Below, in pieces: positions 1-8,444 of a stretch of DNA of 31,000 bases. The stretch lies in the IMG/VR virus record IMGVR_UViG_3300020294_000019, positions 1 through 31,000 of that record; one strand, given 5' to 3'. Made by a program: the position numbers and the translations under genes. The stretch comes from a virus. Lineage: Duplodnaviria > Caudoviricetes. The notes below the pieces were generated by a model, which saw only the letters and a program-made list of their open reading frames with translations, was not told the DNA's origin and did not search any database. Each line of letters opens with the position of its first letter. The stretch's first letter is position 1.

Positions 1-138
1 CCGGGAGCGGTTGATTGGCCTGCGGCTACCGCGCCCACTTTGACAGCTACAGCATCTGCTGTGGATCAGTTTGTGTTTTACACCCATGACGGTGGTACTA
101 CCTGGTACGGCTTTACAGCGGGCCAAGCAATAGCGTGA
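1..138 (+). CDS. 3' end of a tail-fibre-associated protein (partial, runs off the window)
   Basis: Frame +1 reads PGAVDWPAATAPTLTATASAVDQFVFYTHDGGTTWYGFTAGQAIA* with TGA at 136-138, overlapping the next GTG (GTGA). The WP...APTLT...VD.F.F...DGGTTWYG pattern is a C-terminal motif familiar from phage tail-fibre proteins. Confidence 0.75.
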   Translation, partial: PGAVDWPAATAPTLTATASAVDQFVFYTHDGGTTWYGFTAGQAIA

Positions 139-2105
139 GCGTTAATAGACTTTTACACCAGGCCGCTGCTGGCAATGCTGGTGACCCTGTTTACGTTGAT
201 GATGTGTTTTCGACGTTTGTGTACGAAGGCACTGGCGCTAATCGAACCATAACAAACAACATCGACCTTTCTGGTGAAGGTGGTTTGGTATGGATTAAGG
301 ATAGAGAAACAGGTAGTCACCATATTTGGACAGACACTGAACGAGGAGCCACTAAAGTATTGTGGTCTGGCAGTGATGGTCAATACGGAGAAAGAACTGA
401 ATCTACATATCTAACGGGATTTACTTCTAGCGGCTTTACAGTGGGAGGCGGTAGTGAGGTGAACGGAAGTGGCAAGGATACTGTGGCTTGGACATTTCGC
501 AAACAAAAAGGTTTTTTCGACATTGTTACCTACATTGGAACTGGTAACACAACTGGCGGCTCACCTCAGTGGAGGGAAATTTCACATAATTTAGGTACTG
601 CGCCGGGGATGATTATCGTTAAAAAACTAGGCTCATCATCAAGTGATACAGGAAATTGGTTCGTATGGCATAGAGGTTTGCCTGACGATAGTATTTATGC
701 GGCTCAAAGTGGGTTTTTAAATCAATCTGCTAACTTTGGTGGTTATAGTGGCTTTCAAACAGCCGCCAATCAAACCTCTGCACATTTTTCGTTAAGGCAA
801 AATAGTTCAGGTCAAACAAATGATTCAGGCGCTAGTTATGTAGCCTACTTATTTGCCCATGATGCCCAAGACTTTGGCACAAACTCTGACGAGGCCATCA
901 TTAAGTGTGGGAGTTACACGGGCAACGGAAGCTCTACAGGCCCGACTGTTGACCTTGGTTTTGAGCCTCAGTGGCTGTTATTTAAAAAGGCAACAGGGTC
1001 GGCTGAAGAGTGGATTATCCACGACAATATGCGAGGACTGCCTGTCGGTGGTAATGACGCTGAACTACTACCCGCTTCTGGCTCTCAAGAATACAGTAGT
1101 TATGCCGCCATAGACGTAACAGCAACAGGCTTTAACATTACGCATACTAGTGCTAGATACAACGAAAATAGTCAAACCTACATCTACATGGCTATCCGTA
1201 GACCCCACAAGCCAGCATCAGAGTTTGCGGCTACGCAGTTGTTTAATGTTGATTTAGGGGCAAATACCGACCCCGGATTTGACACAGGTTTCCCAGTGGA
1301 TATGGGCATTTTTAGAATCTATGGGTCAACCTCAGATTTCGACATTATGACAAGGCTAACTCAACCCAGAAGGTTGGATTTTACAACTGGCACTGAAGCC
1401 AATAAGGGTGCCGCCGCCATGATGGATTACATGGACGGCTGGAGCTACAACGTACATAGTCATATTGGGTGGTCATGGAGACGAGCACCGGGCTATCACG
1501 ATGTTGTTTGCTACAACGGAACGGGATCAGCAAGAACTGTTGCCCATAACTTAGCCGTATCACCTGAGATGATATGGCTTAAAAACAGGGGTTCAAGTGC
1601 AAATTGGGAGATATATTTAAATGCAGGAGGCACAGAGTATGGCTACTACGGCCTAGATCAGAAATACGTTGGCCTCAACACCAGCCTAAGCACTTGGAAT
1701 AACACATCACCCACTAACAGCGTGGTATCAGTATCTTCTCAGTTTAGTAACTCTAGCCATTCCTACATTATGTATTTATTTGCAAGCGTTCCGGGTATTA
1801 GCAAGATAGGAACATACTCAGGTACAGGCAGTGAGCTTACTGTAGATTGTGGTTTTTCTGCGGGCGCTAGATATGTCTTGATTAAACGGGCAGATAATTC
1901 TATGGGATCAGGCGGGGAGAGTTTTTTTGCGTTTGATACTGTACGAGGCATTACTGCTTCTTCTAGCCCTTACTTGGCTTTAAACGATTCGGATGCACAA
2001 GTTACAGGCAGTTTTATTAAGCCTGACTCTAGTGGATTTAAAGTTACTTCACAGTCTGTCGTTAATACCAACGGAAGCACATACGTTTTTTACGCAATAG
2101 CATAG
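135..2105 (+). CDS. Putative tail fibre / receptor-binding protein with repeated beta-rich modules
   Basis: 656-aa ORF rich in G/S/T/aromatics. Recurring 'Y.G.G...(HNL/DLG)..P..(I/W).K' units. Lies directly upstream of a tail-fibre chaperone. Resembles the marine-phage DUF7483-type proteins (from memory, unverified). Confidence 0.7.
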   Translation: MSVNRLLHQAAAGNAGDPVYVDDVFSTFVYEGTGANRTITNNIDLSGEGGLVWIKDRETGSHHIWTDTERGATKVLWSGSDGQYGERTESTYLTGFTSSGFTVGGGSEVNGSGKDTVAWTFRKQKGFFDIVTYIGTGNTTGGSPQWREISHNLGTAPGMIIVKKLGSSSSDTGNWFVWHRGLPDDSIYAAQSGFLNQSANFGGYSGFQTAANQTSAHFSLRQNSSGQTNDSGASYVAYLFAHDAQDFGTNSDEAIIKCGSYTGNGSSTGPTVDLGFEPQWLLFKKATGSAEEWIIHDNMRGLPVGGNDAELLPASGSQEYSSYAAIDVTATGFNITHTSARYNENSQTYIYMAIRRPHKPASEFAATQLFNVDLGANTDPGFDTGFPVDMGIFRIYGSTSDFDIMTRLTQPRRLDFTTGTEANKGAAAMMDYMDGWSYNVHSHIGWSWRRAPGYHDVVCYNGTGSARTVAHNLAVSPEMIWLKNRGSSANWEIYLNAGGTEYGYYGLDQKYVGLNTSLSTWNNTSPTNSVVSVSSQFSNSSHSYIMYLFASVPGISKIGTYSGTGSELTVDCGFSAGARYVLIKRADNSMGSGGESFFAFDTVRGITASSSPYLALNDSDAQVTGSFIKPDSSGFKVTSQSVVNTNGSTYVFYAIA

Positions 2106-2116
2106 GATTATCAACT

Positions 2117-2617
2117 ATGTCTGAATACAGAGTACGATCAACGGGTGAGGTTAAATCTCAAGGCCAAATCCGAAGCGACTATCCCAACACATCTTTGCCT
2201 AAGGTCTGGACTGAAGCTACCTGTGACGGTCTAGGTATTGACCCAGTGCTAGAAGCACCTCAACCAGAGCCTTCTGGTGACTACAAGGTCGTAATACGCG
2301 ACGGCGTAGAGCAGGATGCCGCTAATAATTGGGTGTACGCATGGACAGAGCAAGATATGTTCAAAGAGTACAAGGATGGAGAAGGAAGCACCGTTACTGT
2401 CCAAGAGCAAATTGACGCAAAGGTTGCCGCTGATACTGCCGCCCTGGCTTCAACAGAGCGCACTAGGCGCGATGAATTACTGAGAGAGACAGATCATTTC
2501 GGTCTGTCTGATGTCACTATGAGTGATGAGATGACATCCTACCGGCAAGACCTTCGAGACGTACCGCAGCAAGCAGACTTCCCTGCGACGATTACCTGGC
2601 CAATTAGCCCGGCATAA
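2117..2617 (+). CDS. Tail fibre assembly chaperone-like protein
   Basis: C-terminal motif ERTRRDELLRETDHFGLSD...YRQDLRDVPQQADFPATITWP is typical of phage tail assembly chaperones. AGGA RBS upstream. Confidence 0.8.
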   Translation: MSEYRVRSTGEVKSQGQIRSDYPNTSLPKVWTEATCDGLGIDPVLEAPQPEPSGDYKVVIRDGVEQDAANNWVYAWTEQDMFKEYKDGEGSTVTVQEQIDAKVAADTAALASTERTRRDELLRETDHFGLSDVTMSDEMTSYRQDLRDVPQQADFPATITWPISPA

Positions 2618-2736
2618 TTTTATGAGATATGTGACATCCCCTGGTGCTAATGGGGAGGGATCCGCTCGACCACAAACTTTATATTGGTTTCAAGCATGAA
2701 TTTATTTGTGAAATCCAAAATTAACAGGAGCACCCG

Positions 2737-5598
2737 ATGGCGATAACGGGAATGACTGGCATGGGTGACACCCAGACAGAAATTGCGAAGATGTATCAGC
2801 AATATTTGGGTAGACAGCCAGATCAAGGTGGATTGAATTATTACAGTGGGGTCGCGTCATCTGGCGGCAGTATGGATTCGATACTCCAATCTATTGCTAA
2901 TTCTCCAGAGGCAAAAAGATTTCGTGCTTCGTCCTCGGGCGACAGGCAGGCAGGCTTGCTTCCAAACCCTACCAACCCATCGATCGGTAACAGTGGCCCG
3001 GTACTAGGCACTACCAACGCCGCAAATCCAGACTACGCTGCGGGTCAACTCGGCGACGCGGTAGGCGGTATTGGCAACACAGCCGGCATGGGACAGGACA
3101 TAAACTACAACGCACCAACGACGCAAGCCTTGTCTGTTGGCGATGTGTTCTCGACTTCTATAGGAGACTATCAAGCAGTCGATAATGGTTTCGGACAGAT
3201 AGGGCTACAGGCTCTAGATGGTGCGGCTAAAGGCCCAAGCGACATTATTTACAACATGGCTTACGACGGCAATACGATCGGAGTAAACCCCAATACCGGA
3301 GAGGCATGGAACCAAACCTCAAGCGGGGTTCTTCCAGGGCTTACTGAGGTTGAGCAAGAAACGATGGAGGCGGAGACATATTCGCCTACCACTAATACTA
3401 ACGTGGAGGAGATTAACGCCCTGGTTAATCAAATGTATCTGGATTATCTTGGCCGCGATTCAGAGCTGGCGGGATTAAATTACTGGACGCAGTCTGTTTT
3501 AGATGGGAGTGCAGACTTAGACGATGTCCGTTGGAACATCGCTAACTCTCCAGAAGGCCAGGCGTTTGCCGCTTCTTCGCTTACCACTGATACTAACGTG
3601 ACTGATGATCCTGACCCTGGCAATCCTCTCAATCCTGTTCAACCCAGCATGACTCAGGACGAGGCTGTAAGTTACGTCACTGGTCTATATCAATCGATAC
3701 TTGGAAGAGCACCTCTGCAAGATGGCCTAGATTATTGGGTTAATAGTTTAATGGCCGGCGCTACCGCAGACGATGTGCGCTACAACATATTTATATCACC
3801 AGAGTTTGGGGGTAGAGCTAACAGCGAAGTCAGCAACTACTTCACTACTTTGACCGGCGAAGCAGGCGACCCATCGCAAATAGCCTCTTACGTTGGAGAT
3901 GCTCAATCTCAAGCCAAGTCGCTAGACCAAATCTATCAGGAGATATATAACTCTGATGCGGCAGTCGCGTTTAGAGCTCGCCAAAATAACAATAGCCAGC
4001 CCGGTTCTGGCAATGTCGGCACAGGCGAGCAGGGCAGCACTCAGGATGCGAGAGATGACACTGAGACGTATGAAGCTACGCAAGCGGAAGACTCTGCAGC
4101 CGCTAACGCAGAAGACGCGCAAGTAGCCACCAGGACGATCTCGCCAGATGAGCTGGTAGAGAACAGGATCAATAATCTTCTGGCAAGTGACAATCCTTAT
4201 ATCGAACGTGCTAGAACGTCCGGGTTGCAGTTTGCAAACCAGAGGGGGTTACTGAATTCGTCTATTGCCGCTCAAGCTGCTGAAGAAGCAGCGATCTCTC
4301 GAGCAGGCGAGATTGCGGCTCAGGATGCAAACACTTACGCGCAAGCGGCGTTAGCCAACCAGCAAGCGCAAAACACAGCAGGCTTGCAGGATGCCCAGCT
4401 CGGCACGAACGTAAGCATGTTTAATGTTGGCGAGGAAAACACCACCAACAGATTTAACGCCCAGTCTGTTAATGAGGCAGGGCAGTTTAATGCGGCGGCA
4501 GCTAACCAAGCGATTCAGAACTTCTTGCAGAGAGAGCAAGTTAGATTGCTGCAGGACGATCAGCAGGCATTTACTGCGGAGCAAAACGAAGCGGATAGGG
4601 TGCTGCGTAAATTGCTGCAAGATGAGCAGTTTGACTTTACAAGCTCAGAGAATAATTTAGATCGCACTTTGCAGACTGCGTTGCAGGAGAACCAGTTTGC
4701 CTTCCAGGGCGGTCAAAACGCCCTCGATAGAACTCTGCAGACTACGTTGCAAGATGACCAACAGTCGTTCCAGGCTGCAATGCAAGATGACCAGCAAGCG
4801 TTCCAGACTACAATGCAAGATGACCAGCAAGCGTTCCAGACTACAATGCAAGATGACCAACAGGCGTTTATTAGCATAGAAAGTGCGCTTGATAGAGCCA
4901 CGCAAACGTTAATTGCTGACAAGGAGATTGCATTCCGCACATGGGCGCAAAGCAATCAACAAGAGTGGCAGACTGCTCAGAACGCACTGCAACTCGAGTT
5001 TCAGTATTACAACTCCAACGCTCAGACAGCTACCAGCATCATGTATTCGACTATGGAAGGCGTTGCTCAAATTTACGCTGATCCTAATCTCACTGCGGCT
5101 CAGAAGCAGAACGCAATCACAAACCTGTTGAATTCTGCTAACTCGATGCCGCAGTTACTTAGCACTATACAAGCCAACGTGACTTCCATTCAGCAGACGA
5201 ACGCGGCAACCAACTACGATGATGATGGCGTCTGGATTGGCACAGGCCATCCGAACTGGGCCGTTCCACCTTCTGACGATCAACAGTATGCAACTGTTGT
5301 AACGCCAATTGTTAATCCGAATACCGGGCAGATCTTTATGGCCCCGAACGCTGGCTGGACGTATGTAGGCCAAACTACCGCAGAAGGTGGAGGCACCGGA
5401 ACTGACTCTGGCAACAGCTCAACCGTTACCCCAAACGTGCTGTCGCAAGACCAGTTTATAGAGCAAATGACAACCCCAAGGGGGGGTGGTCAAGTTTATT
5501 ATGACGGTGACATACTGACAAAAGACGCGGCCTATAGACGTTATCTACAGAGTCTAAGAGATGCGGGGGTATTCCCTGATGTCGGCGGCGGGCCTTAA
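2737..5598 (+). CDS. Putative internal virion/ejection protein with DUF4214-like repeats and a Gln-rich hendecad coiled coil
   Basis: 953 aa, AGGAG RBS. Four Y..(Y/I)LGR..D..GL.YW...I.NSPE-type repeats. A/Q/N-rich helical middle region with 11/22-residue periodicity. Position between tail genes and GNAT/ejection genes. Confidence 0.65.
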   Translation: MAITGMTGMGDTQTEIAKMYQQYLGRQPDQGGLNYYSGVASSGGSMDSILQSIANSPEAKRFRASSSGDRQAGLLPNPTNPSIGNSGPVLGTTNAANPDYAAGQLGDAVGGIGNTAGMGQDINYNAPTTQALSVGDVFSTSIGDYQAVDNGFGQIGLQALDGAAKGPSDIIYNMAYDGNTIGVNPNTGEAWNQTSSGVLPGLTEVEQETMEAETYSPTTNTNVEEINALVNQMYLDYLGRDSELAGLNYWTQSVLDGSADLDDVRWNIANSPEGQAFAASSLTTDTNVTDDPDPGNPLNPVQPSMTQDEAVSYVTGLYQSILGRAPLQDGLDYWVNSLMAGATADDVRYNIFISPEFGGRANSEVSNYFTTLTGEAGDPSQIASYVGDAQSQAKSLDQIYQEIYNSDAAVAFRARQNNNSQPGSGNVGTGEQGSTQDARDDTETYEATQAEDSAAANAEDAQVATRTISPDELVENRINNLLASDNPYIERARTSGLQFANQRGLLNSSIAAQAAEEAAISRAGEIAAQDANTYAQAALANQQAQNTAGLQDAQLGTNVSMFNVGEENTTNRFNAQSVNEAGQFNAAAANQAIQNFLQREQVRLLQDDQQAFTAEQNEADRVLRKLLQDEQFDFTSSENNLDRTLQTALQENQFAFQGGQNALDRTLQTTLQDDQQSFQAAMQDDQQAFQTTMQDDQQAFQTTMQDDQQAFISIESALDRATQTLIADKEIAFRTWAQSNQQEWQTAQNALQLEFQYYNSNAQTATSIMYSTMEGVAQIYADPNLTAAQKQNAITNLLNSANSMPQLLSTIQANVTSIQQTNAATNYDDDGVWIGTGHPNWAVPPSDDQQYATVVTPIVNPNTGQIFMAPNAGWTYVGQTTAEGGGTGTDSGNSSTVTPNVLSQDQFIEQMTTPRGGGQVYYDGDILTKDAAYRRYLQSLRDAGVFPDVGGGP
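4738..4869 (+). repeat. In-frame 33-bp tandem repeat x4 (QTTMQDDQQAF-type unit)
   Basis: TGCAAGATGACC recurs at 4748, 4781, 4814 and 4847 (period 33 bp). Confidence 0.95.
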
Positions 5599-5616
5599 AG
5601 AGGTTAAACAATCTGG

Positions 5617-6057
5617 ATGATTAGGAAGGCTACGCCGGCAGATGTGCCCGCGATTGTCGATATTGCAGTAGAGTCAGTTAATCAAAACCCACTTCCCGTT
5701 CGCATCTGCCGTGAGTCAATGGCTGACACGGCACGGGAAGCTATTGCCGGCAATCAGCATTTTGTCTGGGTATCAGAGATAGAGGGCGAGGTAGTCGCCG
5801 CCGTTGGCGCTATGTCAGAGCGTTCTTTTTGGTACGAGCGCCAGCAATGCAGCGTGATGCTTTATTACACCAGAGTGCCAGGAGAGGGCGTCAAGCTCCT
5901 CCGCGAGTTTGGCCGCTGGGTCAAATCCCGTCCGGTCATCAAAATCGCAGTTATTGAATTAGAACCCGAGGCAGATCCAAGGCTGTTGAAGCTATTGGCA
6001 CGTGTTGGGTTTTCCCGTTTATCTATGAATTGCACCTATGTGCGAGGTCAAACATGA
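5617..6057 (+). CDS. GNAT-family acetyltransferase-like protein
   Basis: MIRKATPADVPAIVDI N-terminal GNAT motif, beta hairpin FVWVSEIEGEVVAAVG, and G..LL...W.K and LLARVGF motifs. Same position as the GNAT-like gene preceding internal virion proteins in podoviruses. Confidence 0.8.
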   Translation: MIRKATPADVPAIVDIAVESVNQNPLPVRICRESMADTAREAIAGNQHFVWVSEIEGEVVAAVGAMSERSFWYERQQCSVMLYYTRVPGEGVKLLREFGRWVKSRPVIKIAVIELEPEADPRLLKLLARVGFSRLSMNCTYVRGQT

Positions 6058-7091
6058 GCAAGGTCGTTAAAAAGGTCGGCAAGGCTATTGGCAAGGTTGT
6101 CAAAGGCGTTGTCAAAGGCGTAAAAAAGGTAGTCAAAAAGGTTACCAGTTCTAAGTTTTTCAAAATCATCGCTACCGCTGCGCTCATCTACTTCGGAGGT
6201 GCTGCCCTTATGGGCGGACTTGGGGGGCTGGGTGCTGGTGGCGGTGGGTTTTTTGCTGGGGCGCAAGCCGGCATAAGCTCTGCTTGGGCTGGCGTAACAG
6301 GAGCAGGATCAGCGCTGGCATCTGGAAACATTGCTGGCGCTGGTAGCTCGCTGGCTGGTGGATTTACTGGCGCTAATGCAGCCGGCCTAGCAACTGGAGC
6401 AAATGCTCTTACGCCGATTACGGTTACTGCGACCAAGGTTGCGCCTACTATCGGTGGCACGGTTGGAGCTGGAGCTGGTGCTGGTGCTGGTGCTGGTGCT
6501 GGTGCTGGTGCAGCAGGAACGGCTGGAGCCGGGGTTGGCGGAGCGGCTGGCACTGGTGCCGCTATTCCTGGCACTGTTCCTCCCAGCGTAGCCAGTGGCG
6601 CGACGTTGCCGGCGGGTGCCGCTAGTACGGCTCCTACGGGGTATAGCTCTCTAGGTAATGCAGTGGCCGCAGGCCAATCAACCGGCCTTAACGCGGCCGC
6701 TCCTGGAGCTGTAGGTGGATCCTCTACCGTAGCGTCGGTAGCCCCTTCCGGCGTACCAATAACAACAGCAACCCCGGTTTATGTTAATCCCACTACAGGG
6801 GCAGCGGGGGCCAACGTCGCAGGGACAAAGGCAGCAGGATCGGGCTTGCTTGGCAGGGCGTGGAACGGTCTTGGCGATTACGGGAAGGCTGCTGTTGTGA
6901 TGACGGGAGGACAAGGACTTATGGGCGGGCTTGCGGCTAAGGCGGAGGATGACGCCTTGCGTGAAGCGATGCGGCGATACGGCCAAAACATCGGCACTGT
7001 TATCCCAATGCCTGTTTATAACCCGGCTACTGGAAAGTACGAGTATCCGAATCAATCTATTGGTAGTGCTGACTTAGGGACGGTGGCGTAA
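6054..7091 (+). CDS. Putative DNA-ejection (pilot-like) internal virion protein
   Basis: Start moved to ATG 6054 (ATGA overlap with GNAT stop). Lys/Val amphipathic N-terminus, then a hydrophobic helix, then long Gly/Ala-rich segments. Confidence 0.65.
   Translation: MSKVVKKVGKAIGKVVKGVVKGVKKVVKKVTSSKFFKIIATAALIYFGGAALMGGLGGLGAGGGGFFAGAQAGISSAWAGVTGAGSALASGNIAGAGSSLAGGFTGANAAGLATGANALTPITVTATKVAPTIGGTVGAGAGAGAGAGAGAGAAGTAGAGVGGAAGTGAAIPGTVPPSVASGATLPAGAASTAPTGYSSLGNAVAAGQSTGLNAAAPGAVGGSSTVASVAPSGVPITTATPVYVNPTTGAAGANVAGTKAAGSGLLGRAWNGLGDYGKAAVVMTGGQGLMGGLAAKAEDDALREAMRRYGQNIGTVIPMPVYNPATGKYEYPNQSIGSADLGTVA
6465..6512 (+). repeat. Hexanucleotide repeat GG(A/T)GC(T/A) x8 encoding (Gly-Ala)8
   Basis: ggagct x2, ggtgct x5, ggtgca. 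Confidence 0.95.
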
Positions 7092-7093
7092 TT

Positions 7094-7681
7094 ATGGCGG
7101 GACTAATGCAGGGTGCCGCGCAGACGGCCCAACAACCGAAGTCACAATCAGGCGCCTCGAGCATAGATCCTGATGATCCGGCTCTCGATCAAGCGATTCA
7201 GTACCTGGGCGGACGGCTTTACGAAGAGGACATTGCCTCGCAGATTGCTAATGTCACAGAGAAGTCACGAGAGTCACAGCCACAGTTACTGGCGCTTATT
7301 GCCTACCGGCTTGCTGAGTCTTCTGATGTAGAGACAGACGGTGACATCAAGGAAGAAAACCTATCTGTCATTGCGATGGTTGCCTTGAATGAGGTGATGG
7401 AGATCGCAGAGCAATCCGGCATGACGGTTGGCCCAGAGGATGCCGCTATCGCATTCCGGCACATGGTCACTATGTTCGCGCAGGAGCAGGGCCTCGATCC
7501 AGAGCAAGTACAGCAGCTCACCGCTGCGATGTCTGAGGTGGATACATCTGAGCTAACGATGGAAGCGCAAGCGCTACCAGATAATTTTGCTGACGATCTT
7601 CCAGACGAAGATATACCGCTAGGCGATGAGGGCGCTCCGCAGCAGCCAATGCAGCAAGGCGCACAAGAGATGAGGGTTTGA
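7094..7681 (+). CDS. Acidic hypothetical protein, probably virion-associated
   Basis: 195-aa ORF spaced 2 nt and 1 nt from its neighbours within the internal-virion module. Confidence 0.6.
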   Translation: MAGLMQGAAQTAQQPKSQSGASSIDPDDPALDQAIQYLGGRLYEEDIASQIANVTEKSRESQPQLLALIAYRLAESSDVETDGDIKEENLSVIAMVALNEVMEIAEQSGMTVGPEDAAIAFRHMVTMFAQEQGLDPEQVQQLTAAMSEVDTSELTMEAQALPDNFADDLPDEDIPLGDEGAPQQPMQQGAQEMRV

Positions 7682-7682
7682 T

Positions 7683-8390
7683 ATGAGTCCTTTTGCTAGG
7701 GGATTGTTGGGCGGTGTTGCTCAAGGTGTTACTAACACTGCGAGCTTATTGTTCCAGGACGCTATCGCTGCAAGAAAAGAAGAGCGGCTGGCGAAGATTG
7801 CGGACAGGAATTACCAGAGAGATCGCGCAGATCAGCTTTCGGACATTGAATCACAGCGCGGATTCCAGAAAGGCTTGCTGAGAGAAGAGCGAAGTTACTT
7901 GGATTCTGTCAGAGAGACTGAGGCCGGCTTCGTCAGCTCTACTCAATTGGATGCTGATGGCAATCTGAAGGGAATAACGCGGGCTGGAACGCTGGTCGAC
8001 CTGGGCCAGCTTGCCACGGTTGACCCGCTGCTAACGCCATCACTTGAGTCTCTAAAGCTCGCTCAATCCGATGCGGCGAGAATCAACCTCGAGACCAGAG
8101 AGGAGAATCCCCTGGTATGGGATGCTTTAGAAAAAGCGAGAAATCAGTTCAATCAGGCGCTAGAGGACTCGCGAGATCGATTGGGCCGCAGTAACCCGCC
8201 CCCCGATCTGCCCTCTCCAGAGCAGATTAAGGCTGATGGCAGAAAGCTGTTTGGAGCTGATGGGATGGGAACGGGGATCACCTCGGTAGAGTTCGATGGC
8301 GTCACCTACTCGGGATCCCAGCTCGATCAACTTAGAGAGCGCTTCAGAAGCAATTACGGCGATTACTACGGTCAGCTTTACGGGCAGTAA
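7683..8390 (+). CDS. Putative internal virion protein
   Basis: 235 aa. N-terminal GLLGGVAQG helix followed by a charged coiled coil, typical of podoviral ejection proteins. GAGG RBS. Confidence 0.55.
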   Translation: MSPFARGLLGGVAQGVTNTASLLFQDAIAARKEERLAKIADRNYQRDRADQLSDIESQRGFQKGLLREERSYLDSVRETEAGFVSSTQLDADGNLKGITRAGTLVDLGQLATVDPLLTPSLESLKLAQSDAARINLETREENPLVWDALEKARNQFNQALEDSRDRLGRSNPPPDLPSPEQIKADGRKLFGADGMGTGITSVEFDGVTYSGSQLDQLRERFRSNYGDYYGQLYGQ

Positions 8391-8407
8391 ACCAATCTAG
8401 TATTTCT

Positions 8408-8431
8408 TGGGGCTTCGGCCCCATTTTTTTT
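8408..8431 (+). terminator. Rho-independent terminator
   Basis: TGGGGC-TTCG-GCCCCA stem with a UUCG loop, followed by T8 (8424-8431). Confidence 0.85.
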
Positions 8432-8444
8432 GGGGAAAAGTTTT

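Noticed and set aside
135-2105. Diversity-generating retroelement target in the tail fibre
   Set aside because: No near-identical TR/VR pair with adenine-specific mismatches was seen, and there is no reverse transcriptase in the window. The duplication is old and visible only at protein level.
2618-2736. Structured ncRNA in the AT-rich intergenic gap
   Set aside because: Only short, weak inverted repeats (TCCCC/GGGGA, CACAAA/TTTGTG) and no recognisable family. More likely a promoter or module boundary.
4738-4869. CRISPR or non-coding repeat
   Set aside because: In-frame 33-bp coding repeat with no unique spacers.
6188-6591. Pro-Ala-rich minus-strand ORF and Leu-Val-rich alternative-frame ORF
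   Set aside because: Shadow frames of the Gly-Ala repeat in the real gene.
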